Assembly (NCBI GenBank): GCA_951406725.2
Contig: OX597831.1
Coordinates: 39,990,001-40,054,000, forward strand
Direction: 5' to 3'
DNA from: Octopus vulgaris
Lineage: Eukaryota
Length of the DNA stretch: 64,000 nucleotides
Under the pieces are notes generated by a model. The model was given only the letters and a program-made list of their open reading frames with translations, did not search any database and was not told the DNA's origin. This document shows positions 38,623-50,850 of this stretch, piece by piece. How positions within the stretch are numbered: position 1 is the first letter of the stretch; the number at the start of each line of letters is the position of its first letter. The translations under genes and the position numbers were made by a program.

Positions 38623-38755
38623 CATTCATTTATTCATCTGCCCACTTACAACCTGAGCTACCAGAGTGTAGATGTGATTTTTAGAGCCGTTTGGCGTCTA
38701 TTTCTAGCGTGCTGGTGGGGTTTATCCACACACTTTAATACAATTGTATATTAGT

Positions 38756-38968
38756 GGAGGCGCAATGGCCTAGTGGTTAGGGCAGCGGACTTGCGGTCGG
38801 AGGATCGCGGTTTCGATTCCCAGACCGGGCGTTGTGTGTGTTTATTGAGCGAAAAAAACACCTAAAAGCTCCACGAGGCTCCGGCAGGAGGTGGTGATCC
38901 CTGCTGTACTCTTTCACCACTCTAAAGGCGGTGCTCCAGCATGGCCGCAGTCAAATGACTGAAACAAG
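38756..38968 (+). mobile_element. Chimeric SINE: family C head plus family A tail, bounded by a 17-bp TSD
   Basis: tacaattgtatattagt at 38739-55 and 38969-85; junction near 38921. Confidence 0.88.
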
Positions 38969-40085
38969 TACAATTGTATATTAGTATAAATTGTTACCTG
39001 TATGGTTTTATTACATGCTAGCTACTTGGTAAAATCGGTAAAATGGTTTTATCTTTCATTTTGTACATGTATATTCTTTTATTCGTTTACTTGTTTCAGT
39101 CATTTGACTGCGGCCATGCTGGAGCACTGCCTGTAGTCGAAAAATTAACCCCAGGACTTATACTTTGTAAGCCTAGTACTTATTCTATCGGTGTCTTTTG
39201 GCCGAACCGCTAAGTTACTGGGACGTAAACACACCAACAGGGGTTGTAAAGCGATGGTTGGGTGACAGACACACATATATCCACACAATGGGCTTCTTTC
39301 AGTTTCCATCTACCAAATCCACTTACAAGGCTTTGGTCGGCCCGAAACTATAGTAGAAGACACTTGCCCAAGGTGCCACGCAGTGGGACTGAGCCCAGAA
39401 CCATGTGGTTGGTAAGCAAGCTACTTACCACACAGCCACACAATACATTGCATACCACCGTCTATATTAATTTTATGCATACACATTAGCAATTCACTAA
39501 ATCATTCATAGATTCTTATGAGGAAAACATACTGATTGGGAATTAAGTCCAGAATCTGCCAAAGTTGAGCCAGTCCTTACTGATGAGGCAATGGAAATTG
39601 CTAGAACTGATGTCAGTGTAAGGAATTCTCGATCAGTGTTTACAGACAATTATAGTCCCTACCAGTGTATATATATATATATAAGTGTGTGTGTGTGTGT
39701 GTAAATGTTTGTGTGTCTGTGTTTGTTCCCCCATGTCACTCGACAACCAATGCTGGTGTGTTTACGTCCTCGTAACCTAGCGGTTCTGCAAAAGAAACTA
39801 ATAGAATAAGTACTAGGTTTTCAAAGAATAAGTCCTGGGGTCAATTTGCTCAACTGAAGGTGATGCTCCTGCATGGCCACAGTCAAATGACTGAAACAAG
39901 TAAAAGAGTATTTGTCTGTTTATTAGTGAAATGTCATTAAGTTGTTCTTGGAATTAAATGGATTTTGATTTACTGTCAGGTGACTTTTGGCCAACCCTGT
40001 ATTTTTTTTTTTTTTTTTTCAGCTGCCCATGATGGAAATTGTTATATGTAATGTATTTATAGTCTCCTTTTATTTTCATTTCCAG

Positions 40086-40301
40086 ATGATGAAATTCGCA
40101 TGGGATAATTACGCGAAATACGCATGGGGTGCTAACGAGCTGCGGCCAATCTCGAAACGGAGCCACAGCGCCGGCATCTTCGGCTCACTTTCTCTCGGTG
40201 CCACCATTGTCGATGGCCTGGACACTCTCTATCTGATGGGGCTTCATGAGGATTACAAAAAAGGCAGGGACTGGATTGCAACGTCGTTCACCTTTGATGG
40301 C
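40086..40301 (+). CDS. MAN1A: Internal coding exon (72 codons, phase 0-0) of a class I alpha-1,2-mannosidase (glycosyl hydrolase family 47, Golgi MAN1A type)
   Basis: Translates as MMKFAWDNYAKYAWGANELRPISKRSHSAGIFGSLSLGATIVDGLDTLYLMGLHEDYKKGRDWIATSFTFDG, with the GH47 N-terminal motifs AWxxYxxYAWGxNELxP and GATIVDxLDTL. Preceded by a polypyrimidine tract and CAG (AG at 40084-85), followed by GTGAGT (40302-07). Length 216 nt. No neighbouring exons recognised in the window. Confidence 0.93.
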
Positions 40302-41527
40302 GTGAGTTTCATTCTTCATTTATTTTAATCTTTGTTTCTCACTTTCACCCTCTTCCTCCTCCTCCTCCTCCCCTCTCCGTCATCCTCCAAGTTCTTTCCA
40401 GAACAACAGCCAGTATCGACCATAGTGGTCGCTTCAAACAAGCTTACAAGTGCTTGATTTCCCCAAATCTTCCTTTGAAAAGGCCTCAAATTCTGAATTG
40501 CTGATGTAAAAATATAGGGAAAAAAAAATCTCCCAAAATTTGCAGTGCTCAGTTGTCACGGATACTGTAACTTGGCTATTTACAAAGTGAAATCATGTGT
40601 TTTCATGAATGTCCTAATGAAATTTCTGCTGAAATTCACATTTAAATATCAACGGGTTCGCTCAGCCAGCTTCGACCAGGCTGGTTGTTTGAATCAAAAA
40701 ATTTTTCACCCAGCTGTGGCTGGGTTGGTAACGAAAGGGGTTAAACAGTAATTTACAACTCTAACTGTCATACTAGCGGTTTTGGTCAATTTCCAGTCTT
40801 CCATGATGAATATATCTGGCTGTAGGGGAATATCTTGCTTAGAATCAGATGGGTGTTGGCAACAGGAAGAGCATCCCATTTTCAAAAATCTGCTCCAACA
40901 AATTCTCTGTGTGCCATGCAGGCATGGTAAAGTGCACATTAACTGATGGAAATGATGCTGACGATGAAGTGATATACTGGAAGTTAAAAAAATTAATTTA
41001 AAAAAATGAGAAGTCATGAACTGGTGCATGGTTAGAGGGACATTTGACTGTTATTTCTAGCAGCTGAGCAAGCCACATAATGGAGTGTGTTATTGACTGG
41101 TCACTTGGTGCTAACACTAGTGCAGTACCAATGTGCAAAGCTGCTTTTATTTGAAAATTATTTTTCCATATTTAAATAGATTTTGAAATTTTTTTTTCTT
41201 TTATTCAGGTCTTTTTTTTTTTTACCTTTGAAACAAAATTTTTTAAAAAAACAAAATTTCTATTACAAATTCTATATTTCGTATTTTATAATTTATTCCA
41301 TCTTTATTACACTCCCACCTACCTGTCTACTTCCCCCTTCTCCTCCTCTTCTCCTTTTTTTGTTGGGGATAGGATGTTGGGCAGTTTTGGCGGTGGGAGT
41401 CGTGGGTGGATTTCTTTTTGTTAACTTGATAAAAAATTCCATAATTTGTCTGTAATGGTTGTTTTGATGTTCTGCTGAGTTTAAGCAGCAGTGGGGCTGG
41501 TGGTGGTGGTGGGGAGGGGCTTGCTAT

Positions 41528-41569
<42 letters not shown>

Positions 41570-42444
41570 TGGGGAGGCACATTTGAAGGTGTTCAGGTTC
41601 TTTCAGAGTTTTTTTTTTTTTTTTTTTCTCAATAGAGAAAGGCTGACAAGGAGGAAGAGATGAGATAAGATAGTAGTGGTGGTGGTGGTAATATGTGTGG
41701 GCGGGGCGGTGGTTTAAGGTGGCATGATGGGGGGGCGGGAACTGGGATTTAATGAAATATTAAAATAGCCCTTCAATCAGGTCTTAGAAGAAAATGGTTT
41801 CTCCCCAATCAACCTGTCCCCATGATCTTCAGTTGCTAATTCAGTTATTCTTGATTGCTTTCAACACAAGACACTCTTTTCACTCCCTTCTCTCTCTCTT
41901 TCCCTTCCTCCTTTCTCTTTCCTCTCTCACTCTTCTCTCCATTTCTCTTTTATCTTTCTTCTTCTACTCCCCCCCATCTCTCACTGAAAGGCAGTGCACC
42001 TCCTCCCACCTTTCATCACAATATAACTTGCAAATTACCTTGTCATTTACAATTTAACCTTTTTCTTCTTCACAAATACCCTTCTTTTTTTATATTTCGT
42101 GTATGTTTGTATAAAATTGTGTGTGTATGTATGCGTGTGTGATTGAATGTCTAGGCACAGGTGTCCAGGTGTGTGAGGAACAGGATGTGTGCATGCATGT
42201 GTATATCTGTGGAATGGTATGTACCTATGTGACAGCATTTATCTGTGTGTGAGATAAAAAGCATATATTTATATGTATGTGTGTGTAGAGTCGCAATGGC
42301 TTAGTGGTTAGGGCAGCGGACTCACAGTTGTAGGATCGCAATTTTGATTCCCAGACCGGGCATTGTGAATGTTTATAGAACGAAAACACCTAAAAGCTCC
42401 GGCAGGGGGTGGTGGTGATCCCTGCTGTACTCTTTCGCTGTAGT

Positions 42445-43440
42445 CTGTGATTTTGTCATGGACAGGAGCAAAGAGCCAACGTGAAATTTTATGTTAAACT
42501 CGGGAAGTCTGTCACAAAGACATTGAGCATTCTTTGAAATGCATGCCATGATGGGGCAATGTGATGTACTCGATGGTTCAAGGGGCACAGGCAGTTGAAA
42601 AGCAAAAGAACATCCCTTGAAGACGATGAGCAATCTGGAAGACCTGCCATGAGTGTCACTCCCAGGAATGTGGTATTGTGCATCGGGAATCCATCCTCCT
42701 GGGCCAGGCTGTCTATTGAGTTCTACTACGACATTTTGAAGTGATTGAGGGACCGGCTCCTGTGCACGTGACACGTAAAAACACCATTTGAGCATGGCCA
42801 TTGCCAGTACTGACTGGCCCTCGTGCCGGTAGCAAGTAAAAGCACCCACTATACTCTGAGTTGTTGGTATTAGGAAGGGCGTCCAGCTGTAGAAACTCTG
42901 CCAGATCAAGATTGGAGCCTGGTGCAGCCATCTGGCTCACCAGTCCCGTCAAGCTGTCCAACCCATGCCAGTATGGAAAACGGATGTTAAACGATGATGA
43001 TGATAATGATGAAGATGATGAGGGAGGACATTCATCGAAAACGACCAAATCTGTGAAGCTCAAAGAATTAGATTCTTCATTGAGCTCCCCTCACTTGTGA
43101 GTTTATTGCCAAAAACAACATGGTATTACTTCCACAGCCACCCAGTAAACCAGCTTTTAGCAGCTGCAGACTGGGGGAGGGAACTTCCATCTCTTCTCCA
43201 AGAGGATTATGTAACTGAAAGGTTGCCATTTTAACACCATTGTCGAAATCCAGAGCAAATTGCAGACTGTCCTCGACTCGCTTTCAGAAAGCTACTTGCA
43301 GGTCAAATTCCAAAAGTGGCAGGAACGCTGGGATCAGTGTATTGCTGTGCAAGGTGACTATTTCAAAGGAGATGATGTTAAAGCTTAGGTAAATAAGTTA
43401 TTAAACATAACTAATCTGGGAACCTTTTGATGCCACCTTG
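42445..43440 (+). mobile_element. Decayed mariner transposase remnant interrupted by a SINE
   Basis: Degenerate EQRANVKFYVKLGKS...SLEDDEQSGRP (N-terminal HTH) and LKGCHF...WQERWDQCIAVQGDYF (C-terminus), with stops and deletions. Right TIR-like end gggaaccttttgatgccaccttg+TA. Confidence 0.85.
42753..43018 (+). mobile_element. SINE-like family E ending in (GAT)n, with a 7-bp TSD. Other copies at ~11578-11810(-), 12078-12270(-), 19495-19640(-), 40830-40970(+), 43690-43910(+), 52175-52330(-), 56750-56940(+), 61254-61413(-), 61460-61580(+)
   Basis: tgaggga at 42746-52 and 43019-25; conserved ttaggaagggcatccagctgtagaaac...ccaacccatgccagcatggaaa...gttaaa(c/t)gatgatgat. Confidence 0.85.
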
Positions 43441-45739
43441 TAGTTATATAAAATCTTTATTTGACCATTAGCTCTTTGTTAGTTTCAGTCTTTGGATTGA
43501 GGGCTGAGACATTGCCTAGATGGGTACAGTTGGATGAATCGATTCCAGTACTTATACTTATTTTATCAGTTACTTTTTGCTGAGCTGCAAAGTTGTGAGA
43601 ACATAAACAAACCTACACACATGTGAGACACGACAGGCTTATTTCAGTTTCTGTATACCAAATCCACTCGCAAAGCTTTTCTTGTCCTTTTCTGCCTGTC
43701 TTGCGCAGTTACTTGTTGACCTCGCCAGTGCTGGCGGCACATAATAGGCACCCAGCACACACTGCCAAGTGGTTGGCATAAGGAAAGGCATCTAGCTGTA
43801 GAAACCATACCGAAGCAGATACTGGGGCCCAATATAGTGCTCTAGCTCATTGATTCTCATTGAAACATCCAGCCCATGCTAAATGATGATGACAGTGATG
43901 ATGATGATGATGGTGGTGGTGGTTTGGGTGGTGGCGGTGGCGTCCATAACTCTAACAATTATGATTAAAGAATAAGGAATGAGACAGCATTGCATTGCCA
44001 GATGCTAGCTACACTACTTCAGCCAAACTTATCCTACACCTACTTCACCCACTACTTTCTGCCATCAGCCTGCGTTGAAGTTTTAATGAGTTATTTATGA
44101 TGTTTAAACTAATTATTTACCTTTAAAGTGAATTGACTGACACCTGTTGTTTGGCTGCCGTTACTTTTGTTGTTTCTCAAGTCAGGCTTGATTAACGAAC
44201 CTTCCTATGACCAGATGCATCCCAGCTGTGACCAATCAGTTACCTGATATATTTTATGGCTAAGCATGATATATCTCGTATTATATGTTCTTCCCCCTTA
44301 TTCTATTGGTCTCTTTTGCTGAACTGCTAAGTCACAGGTATATAAGCACACCAACATCAGTTGTCAAGCAAAAGTGGGAGGACAAACATAAACACACACA
44401 CACAAACACATATATAACAGGCTTCTTTCACTTTCCATCTACCAAATCCACTCTCAGTGCTTTGGTTGGCCCGAGGCTACAGTAGAAGACACTTGCCCAA
44501 GGTGCCACACAGTGGGACTCAATCCGGAACCATGTAGTTGGAAAACAAGCTACTTGTGAGTGGATTTGGTAGACGGAAACTGAAGCAAGCCCATCACGTG
44601 TGTGTGTGTGTAACATAACTAGTTTGGCTTACAAAGAATAAGTCCTGCGGTAGATTTCTTCGACTAAAGGTGGTGCTCCAGCATGGCCGCTGTCAGATGA
44701 CTGAAATAAGTAAAAGAATAAATGTGTGTGTGTGCATATGTGCTTATCTTTTACTCGTTTCAGTCATTAGACTGCAGCCTTGAAGAATTCTTGGTTGAAC
44801 GAATTAACCCCCAATGCTTAGATTTTTTTGCTAAGCTTGGTACTTATTCTATCGGTGCCGTTTTTGCCGAACTAGTTATGTTACACACACACACACACAC
44901 ATACATGATGGGCTTCCTTCAGTTTCAAATCCACTCACAAGTCTTTGGATCGACCTGATAATATAGTAGAAGACACCTGCCCAAGGTGTCTCACAATGGA
45001 ACTGAACCCGGAACGATATGGTTGGGAAGCAAGCCCCTTAAAACACAGCTGCACCTGCACTTATATGTGTGTGTGCGTATGTGTGTGTGTGTGTGTGTGT
45101 GTATAAAGTGCTGGGCAGAAGTTTATCATTAACTGACAGAAATTGTTATGATAATCAAGATCAATCATTGCAATTATCATTAATGTGCGTTGTTGTTATT
45201 ATTAATAGCAATAATATTAGTTTGCCCTTTCTATAACTCCTATTTAATTTGTCTCGGTCCCTCTCTCGCCCTCTCTCACCCGTGCTCTCTCTCTCTCTTT
45301 CTCGTTTTGCTTAACTCTCCGATAAAGATCATCATATTCATTATCTCCAACTCTAAGCTGTTACAAACCTTTCATTTGCTTGATGAAAATTGCATGTACC
45401 TATAGACTGTGTGTGTGTGTGTGTGTGTGTGTGTGCTTGCATATGTTTATATTGTGGAGGTGTGTATGTATGCTTATGTCTATGTTCATATGTATAATTT
45501 AATACATATGCTTACATATATTTTTTATACATGAATGCATATATATGTGTGTATGTATGTGTGCATACATATACACATACACATGCCAACATATATATAT
45601 ATACACATACATGTATATTATATGCATGCATATATATATATATATATATATATATTTATTTATTTTATAGAAGGAGCTTCTACAGGACTAGAACTGTTTC
45701 ATTCAAAAGGTTAACCCCGACTCAACCCGGGACCTACAT

Positions 45740-45774
<35 letters not shown>

Positions 45775-46104
45775 CACATACACATGCATATATACATATG
45801 TATATATATATATGTATGTATAGAGAGAGAGAGAGAGGCACTGTGTAGACATGTATATAGAAGTGTGTGTGTGTGTCAGTGTTTATGTACTCTTTTACTT
45901 GTTTCAGGCATTTAACTGTGACCATGCTGGAGCACCGCCTTTAGTCAAACAAATCGACCCCAGGACTTATTCTTTGTAAGCCTAGTACTTATTCTATCGG
46001 TCTGTTTTGCCAAACCGCTAAGTTACGGGGATGTAAACACACCAGCATCGGTTGTCAAGCGATGTTGGGGGGACAAACACAGACACACAAACATATACAC
46101 ATAC

Positions 46105-46170
<66 letters not shown>

Positions 46171-46424
46171 TTATACATGAATACGACAAGCTTCTTTCAG
46201 TTTGTCTACCAAATCCACTCGCAAGGCTTTGATCGGCCCGAGGCTATAATAGAAGACACTAGCCCAAGGTGCCACGCAGTGGGACTGAGCCTGGAACCAT
46301 GTGGTTGGTAAGCAAGCTACTGACCACACAGCCACTCCTGTGCCTATGTGTGTATAATTTACATGCTTGCATATAATTTCTATAGGTTTAGGCACATCTC
46401 TCTCTTTCTATTTATCTAATAAAT

Positions 46425-46468
<44 letters not shown>

Positions 46469-46626
46469 ATGTAAATGTGTATAAGTACGTGTATCTTTGT
46501 TTAATGCATCTAAGTATGTGTGTGTGTATATATATATATATTAAGTATTAGTGTATGTGTGTAATTTATATGTATACTTGCTTACAATTTACAAATGTGT
46601 ATGCATACATACACACAGTATAGGCC

Positions 46627-46666
<40 letters not shown>

Positions 46667-47171
46667 CACACATATACATACATGTCTCTCTGTGTGCGTA
46701 TGTGTCCGTGCGTCCAACTAACTTGTGGCTTTGTAAACAATAACCCCACAATAACCTCTTCTGATTGCTCTGTTATAAAATATTCAAGGATTACTTTCAA
46801 ATCCACTTTGTGGAATCAATACTCCTATCCCAGTCGTCACAAAATGCTTGTCTGTTGTTGTGTGTCTGTGTGTGTCGGTCAGCTTGGTGCATCATTCTCC
46901 TTTCTTATTCCTCAACGTATCCTTTTATTACAGTAAGTAATTAGTAAATTGATTTTGGGGGTTAGGTACCCTGATATAATCCACTAGTACATGCAAATAT
47001 ATATATATGTTTGTATGTGTGCATATATGTGTATATATATATTTATATGTATGTGTGTATATACATGTTTGTGTACATATATATGTGTGTATGTATGCAT
47101 GTGTATATATATATTTATGTGTGTGTGTGTGTGTGTATCTATATAAATATATACATATGTATGTCTGTGTG

Positions 47172-47199
<28 letters not shown>

Positions 47200-47202
<3 letters not shown>

Positions 47203-47365
47203 TCTCTTTCTGCTTATTTCTGTGTTCCTTTTCTGCTGAAGAGTGTAGGCTTGAAACACAAGACTTTCTCACTTCCCAAGCGTTAAACTAATACATCTGT
47301 TTGTTGTTTACACACCCATCTTCGTCCTTTTTTTTTTTTTTTTTTTGGTAAATTCCAACTATATG
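47200..47365 (+). mobile_element. (TA)n-embedded repeat with a hammerhead-like variant motif (probable Penelope-like LTR remnant)
   Basis: ctttt-CTGCTGAA-gagt gtag gctt-GAAAC. A similar motif lies on the minus strand at ~7866-7899. Confidence 0.35.
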
Positions 47366-47801
47366 TATATACAGATAGAAGATAGATTAGACAAATATAT
47401 AACTTCTGTAGAAACTAGAACCACCGTTAGAAGTTATGACATTTCGTAAACAAATGCATTTTCATAAACAATGCAATCAAAGATAGAAGTGTATATGCAT
47501 ATTTCAGGACATTTTGCTCCTTCTTCCACACCACATCCAGCTCATTAGCCATCTAAAAGCACTGTGTTTTGTGGCTATTTAAGCAATGTGTTCCATTAAG
47601 CACTGAAGGTGGATCTCATCGACTATGCTCTTCAAGGCTGCAATCCAGTGACTGAAATAAGTTGCACAAAAATAAAGAAGGGTTGGTTGCAGCTTTAACT
47701 CTTTTGTTATCACAAAGCTGTTAAAATATCTAGCCTTTTGTTTCAATTATATTTTGAAATTAGAGAAAAATTTCATCAACTGTTTAGCATTAAAACCCAA
47801 C

Positions 47802-48136
47802 CAGGGTTCTCAACCGTGATCCATATGATTCCTGAGGATCCATATAAGATTTTCGAGGGGGCCATGCAGCAAAATAGTAAATCAAAGATCTACAGTAATA
47901 TCTGAAGGGCACCTGAAATATTTTTGCTTTTGATGTATGTATTGGTATGTATTGGTTTATTTCTCTAATGTTTATATAGTTCAACCTACACGAGTAAATG
48001 TGTGAAAAATGAAATAGGGATTTTGAAAGAACTTTCTGTAAAACTAGCTGTTAAACATCAAATGGCTTATGGGGATCTTCCAGAATAAAATAGTAATCAA
48101 AGGGGTCCATAGACAGAAAATGGTTGGAAACCCTTG
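47802..48136. mobile_element. hAT-like MITE
   Basis: Short TIR-like ends cagggttctcaacc / ggttggaaacccttg. A related element spans 17499-18395 (cagcatttctcaac / gttgagaaacactg) and is interrupted by SINE A. No TSD confirmed. Confidence 0.55.
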
Positions 48137-48366
48137 ATTTAATCTGACCATATCCAGCCTAAATATTCTAAATGTTTGATGTTCAATCTGGCTAGATCCA
48201 GCCTCTTACACCTGCCCTACAATTGTCATTCTGAAAGTATACTCTCACATCATCAAAATCCCAAAGCTAGGAGGTAATGCATGGTTCATTTGAAACAATG
48301 TGAATAGATAAGCATTACATTTGACAGAGTAATCTGAATGCTGAAGGGTTAAATAGCTTTGTCATT

Positions 48367-48730
48367 GGAAGCACTCCGTCGGTTACGACGATGAGGGTTC
48401 CGGTTGATCCGAATCAACGGAACAGCCTGCTCGTGAAATTAACGTGTAAGTGGCTGAGCACTCCACAGACACGTGCACCCTTAATGTAGTTCTCGGGGAT
48501 ATTCAGCGTGACACAGAGAGTGACAAGGCCGGCCTTTGAAATACAGGTACAACAGAAACAGGAAGTAAGAGTGAGAGAAAGTTGTGGTGAAAGAGTACAG
48601 CAGGGATCACCACCATCCCCTGCCGGAGCCTCGTGGAGCTTTTAGGTGTTTTCGCTCAATAAACACTCACAACGCCCGGTCTGAGAATCGAAACCGCAAT
48701 CCTATGACCGCGAGTCTGCTGCCCTAACCA
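48367..48730 (-). mobile_element. tRNA-derived SINE family C, slightly 5'-truncated, with a 10-bp TSD. Older relatives at ~5037-5285, 10080-10370, 15545-15855, 18396-18672, 42290-42437, 52505-52660
   Basis: ctttgtcatt at 48357-66 and 48731-40; tRNA-like head tggttagggcagcagactcgcggtc...ggtttcgattctc; CpG-rich, hence young. Confidence 0.9.
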
Positions 48731-50429
48731 CTTTGTCATTATTAAGCTGGTGTCTAGAACATAAATTAATAGGAAATTTTGCTGGAAGGTGTTAACTCAG
48801 ATCATTTAAAGCATTTGTATCACAGATCCAAGGTGACTTCCACAAGGTACAGTCCTTCAGTGACCCTGAGAGTTATGCCAGTGGAGTGCTAAATCCTGGT
48901 TTGAACTTTCCATGCTGCACAGGTCAGAGGATAGAGGCCAGGCGAAGATGGATTCTAGGGGTCAGCATGAGTCAACATTGAGCCAATGCTCCTATGTTTT
49001 ATGTTTTACTTGTTTAAGTCATTAGACTGCGGCCATGCTGGGGCATTGCCTTGGAGGGTTTTGGTCAAATGAATTGACCCCAGTACTTTTTTTTTAAGTC
49101 TGGTACTTATTCTGTTTCTTTTGTTGAATCGCTAAGTTACAAGGATGTAAACACACTGACACTGGTTGTCAAGCAGTGTTGAGAGAATGAACAAAAACAC
49201 ACATATGATGGGCTTCTTTCAGTTTCCGTCTACCAAATCCCACTCACAAGGTTTGCTCAGCCTGAGGCTATAGTTGAAAACGCTTTCACAAGGTGCCTCA
49301 CAGTAGGATTGAACCTGGAACCATGTGGTTGAGAAGCAAGTTTCTTACCACACGGCCACGCCTGCACCTATATGACAAAAAAAAAAAGGAGCAAACAACC
49401 CAAAACCATAAAATCTTGGGAGGGGAAGGTCTTCTTTCATAGCAATATATGGGGACACCTTAAAAATATCTAGGGGTAAGGAAAATGAGACAGAGCTGAA
49501 AAAGCAGAGATAAAAGACATTCTTAAAGTCAAGAACGGTGAAGATAAAGTCATCAATGCCCTGTAGTCCTTAAGGAGTAGAGGGTTTAAGAATAAGAAGG
49601 TTAGTCTCAGCTGGGTTGTTGATGAAAAGGGTTAAAGTATTTTACCGTAGGTGTGTTAACTGAATCAGAATCAGCGAGGGCTGCTGCGGGGCTAAGCAAA
49701 AACATAAGGGTTCTTAATATTTATCAGAAGGAAGCAGGGATCCAATTTGCTTTGGAAGAGAAGGTTCATTCAGCTTTGCCTCTGCATTTTGCTTATTTGT
49801 TTTGTTAGGGAAAGAGGTACCCTCTACCTCCCCCTGTAATTCCAATATTCATCAGTAAAAAGGGTTCTCTTTTACCACACAAGCTGAAGAATTCCCTATT
49901 TTTATGTTTTAATAGTTACGATACTAATAAGGGCCAGTGGGGGTTTGCCTGCTGTTGGTTAGATCTTAAAGGCAGCAATTAGATGTTGTTTTAGGCTTCA
50001 CCGCTCTAAGCTACAAGCAATAAACTATATTCAAGCATAAATTGCTGTAGAGCCACTAATATCGTACTCGAAAAAGTTTTAAAAAAGTAGAATAAAGCTA
50101 TTTGATATGTAGCAAAGAAGATCAGACACCGATGAGTTTTGGGGAGGAGAAGAAGAGAAGAAAAAAGAAATGAAAGAAAAAAATGAGGGGGGGGGTAAAT
50201 ATTAATAAAGAAAGCAAATGGTGTTATAAAGATCGGAATCTATGATGCAAGCTTTTAAAATCTTGAGGGGTTATAAATTTGTCTCCTATCTTCTTAGAAT
50301 ATAATCATAAGACAAATAATAATAATAATAAAGGAAGAAGTAAAAATTAAAAAAAAACAAGAAGAAAGAAATTATCAAGCCACATCATTCTGAGTGTGGT
50401 GGTATTGTATAGCCTTTACTTTTATTTAA

Positions 50430-50850
50430 TATCAGGAGAGACAGAGTAATAGAGATATGGGCAGGAGAGGAAGACGGAGTAAAGGTGATAATGGAAGGAG
50501 AGAGGGAGTTATAGAGATAAAAGGAGAGGGTGTAAGAGATATATAAGTGGGGGGAAAAGAAATATATGAAAGATGGGAACAGATATATAAAGAGACAGAG
50601 AGAGAAATATAAGGAAGGAGAGAGAGCAAGATATATATAGGAGGAGAGAGAGAAAGTGATATAAAAGGGGAGAGAGAGGAAGAGGTATATATAGTGTGAG
50701 GGAGGAGGAGATATATGGGGAGAAAGGGAGGAAGAGATATATTTAAGGGGAAAGAGAATGAAGAGATATGTAAGGAGAGAGAGAGAGAGCAAGATAGACA
50801 GAGAAATAGATATATAAGGGGAGAGAGAGAGAGATGGGTGGGAGGAAGGA
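50430..50850. repeat. Purine-rich low-complexity GA/GATATA tract
   Basis: The plus strand is almost devoid of C; degenerate gagagatatataaggg units. Confidence 0.8.

Noticed and set aside
38756-38830. tRNA-like sequence with A and B boxes
   Set aside because: It is the head of SINE family C, continuing into SINE body and bounded by a TSD; not a tRNA gene.
39987-40085. 5' extension of the ORF-track call upstream of the mannosidase exon
   Set aside because: It is intronic poly-T/polypyrimidine tract; homology begins after the AG at 40085.
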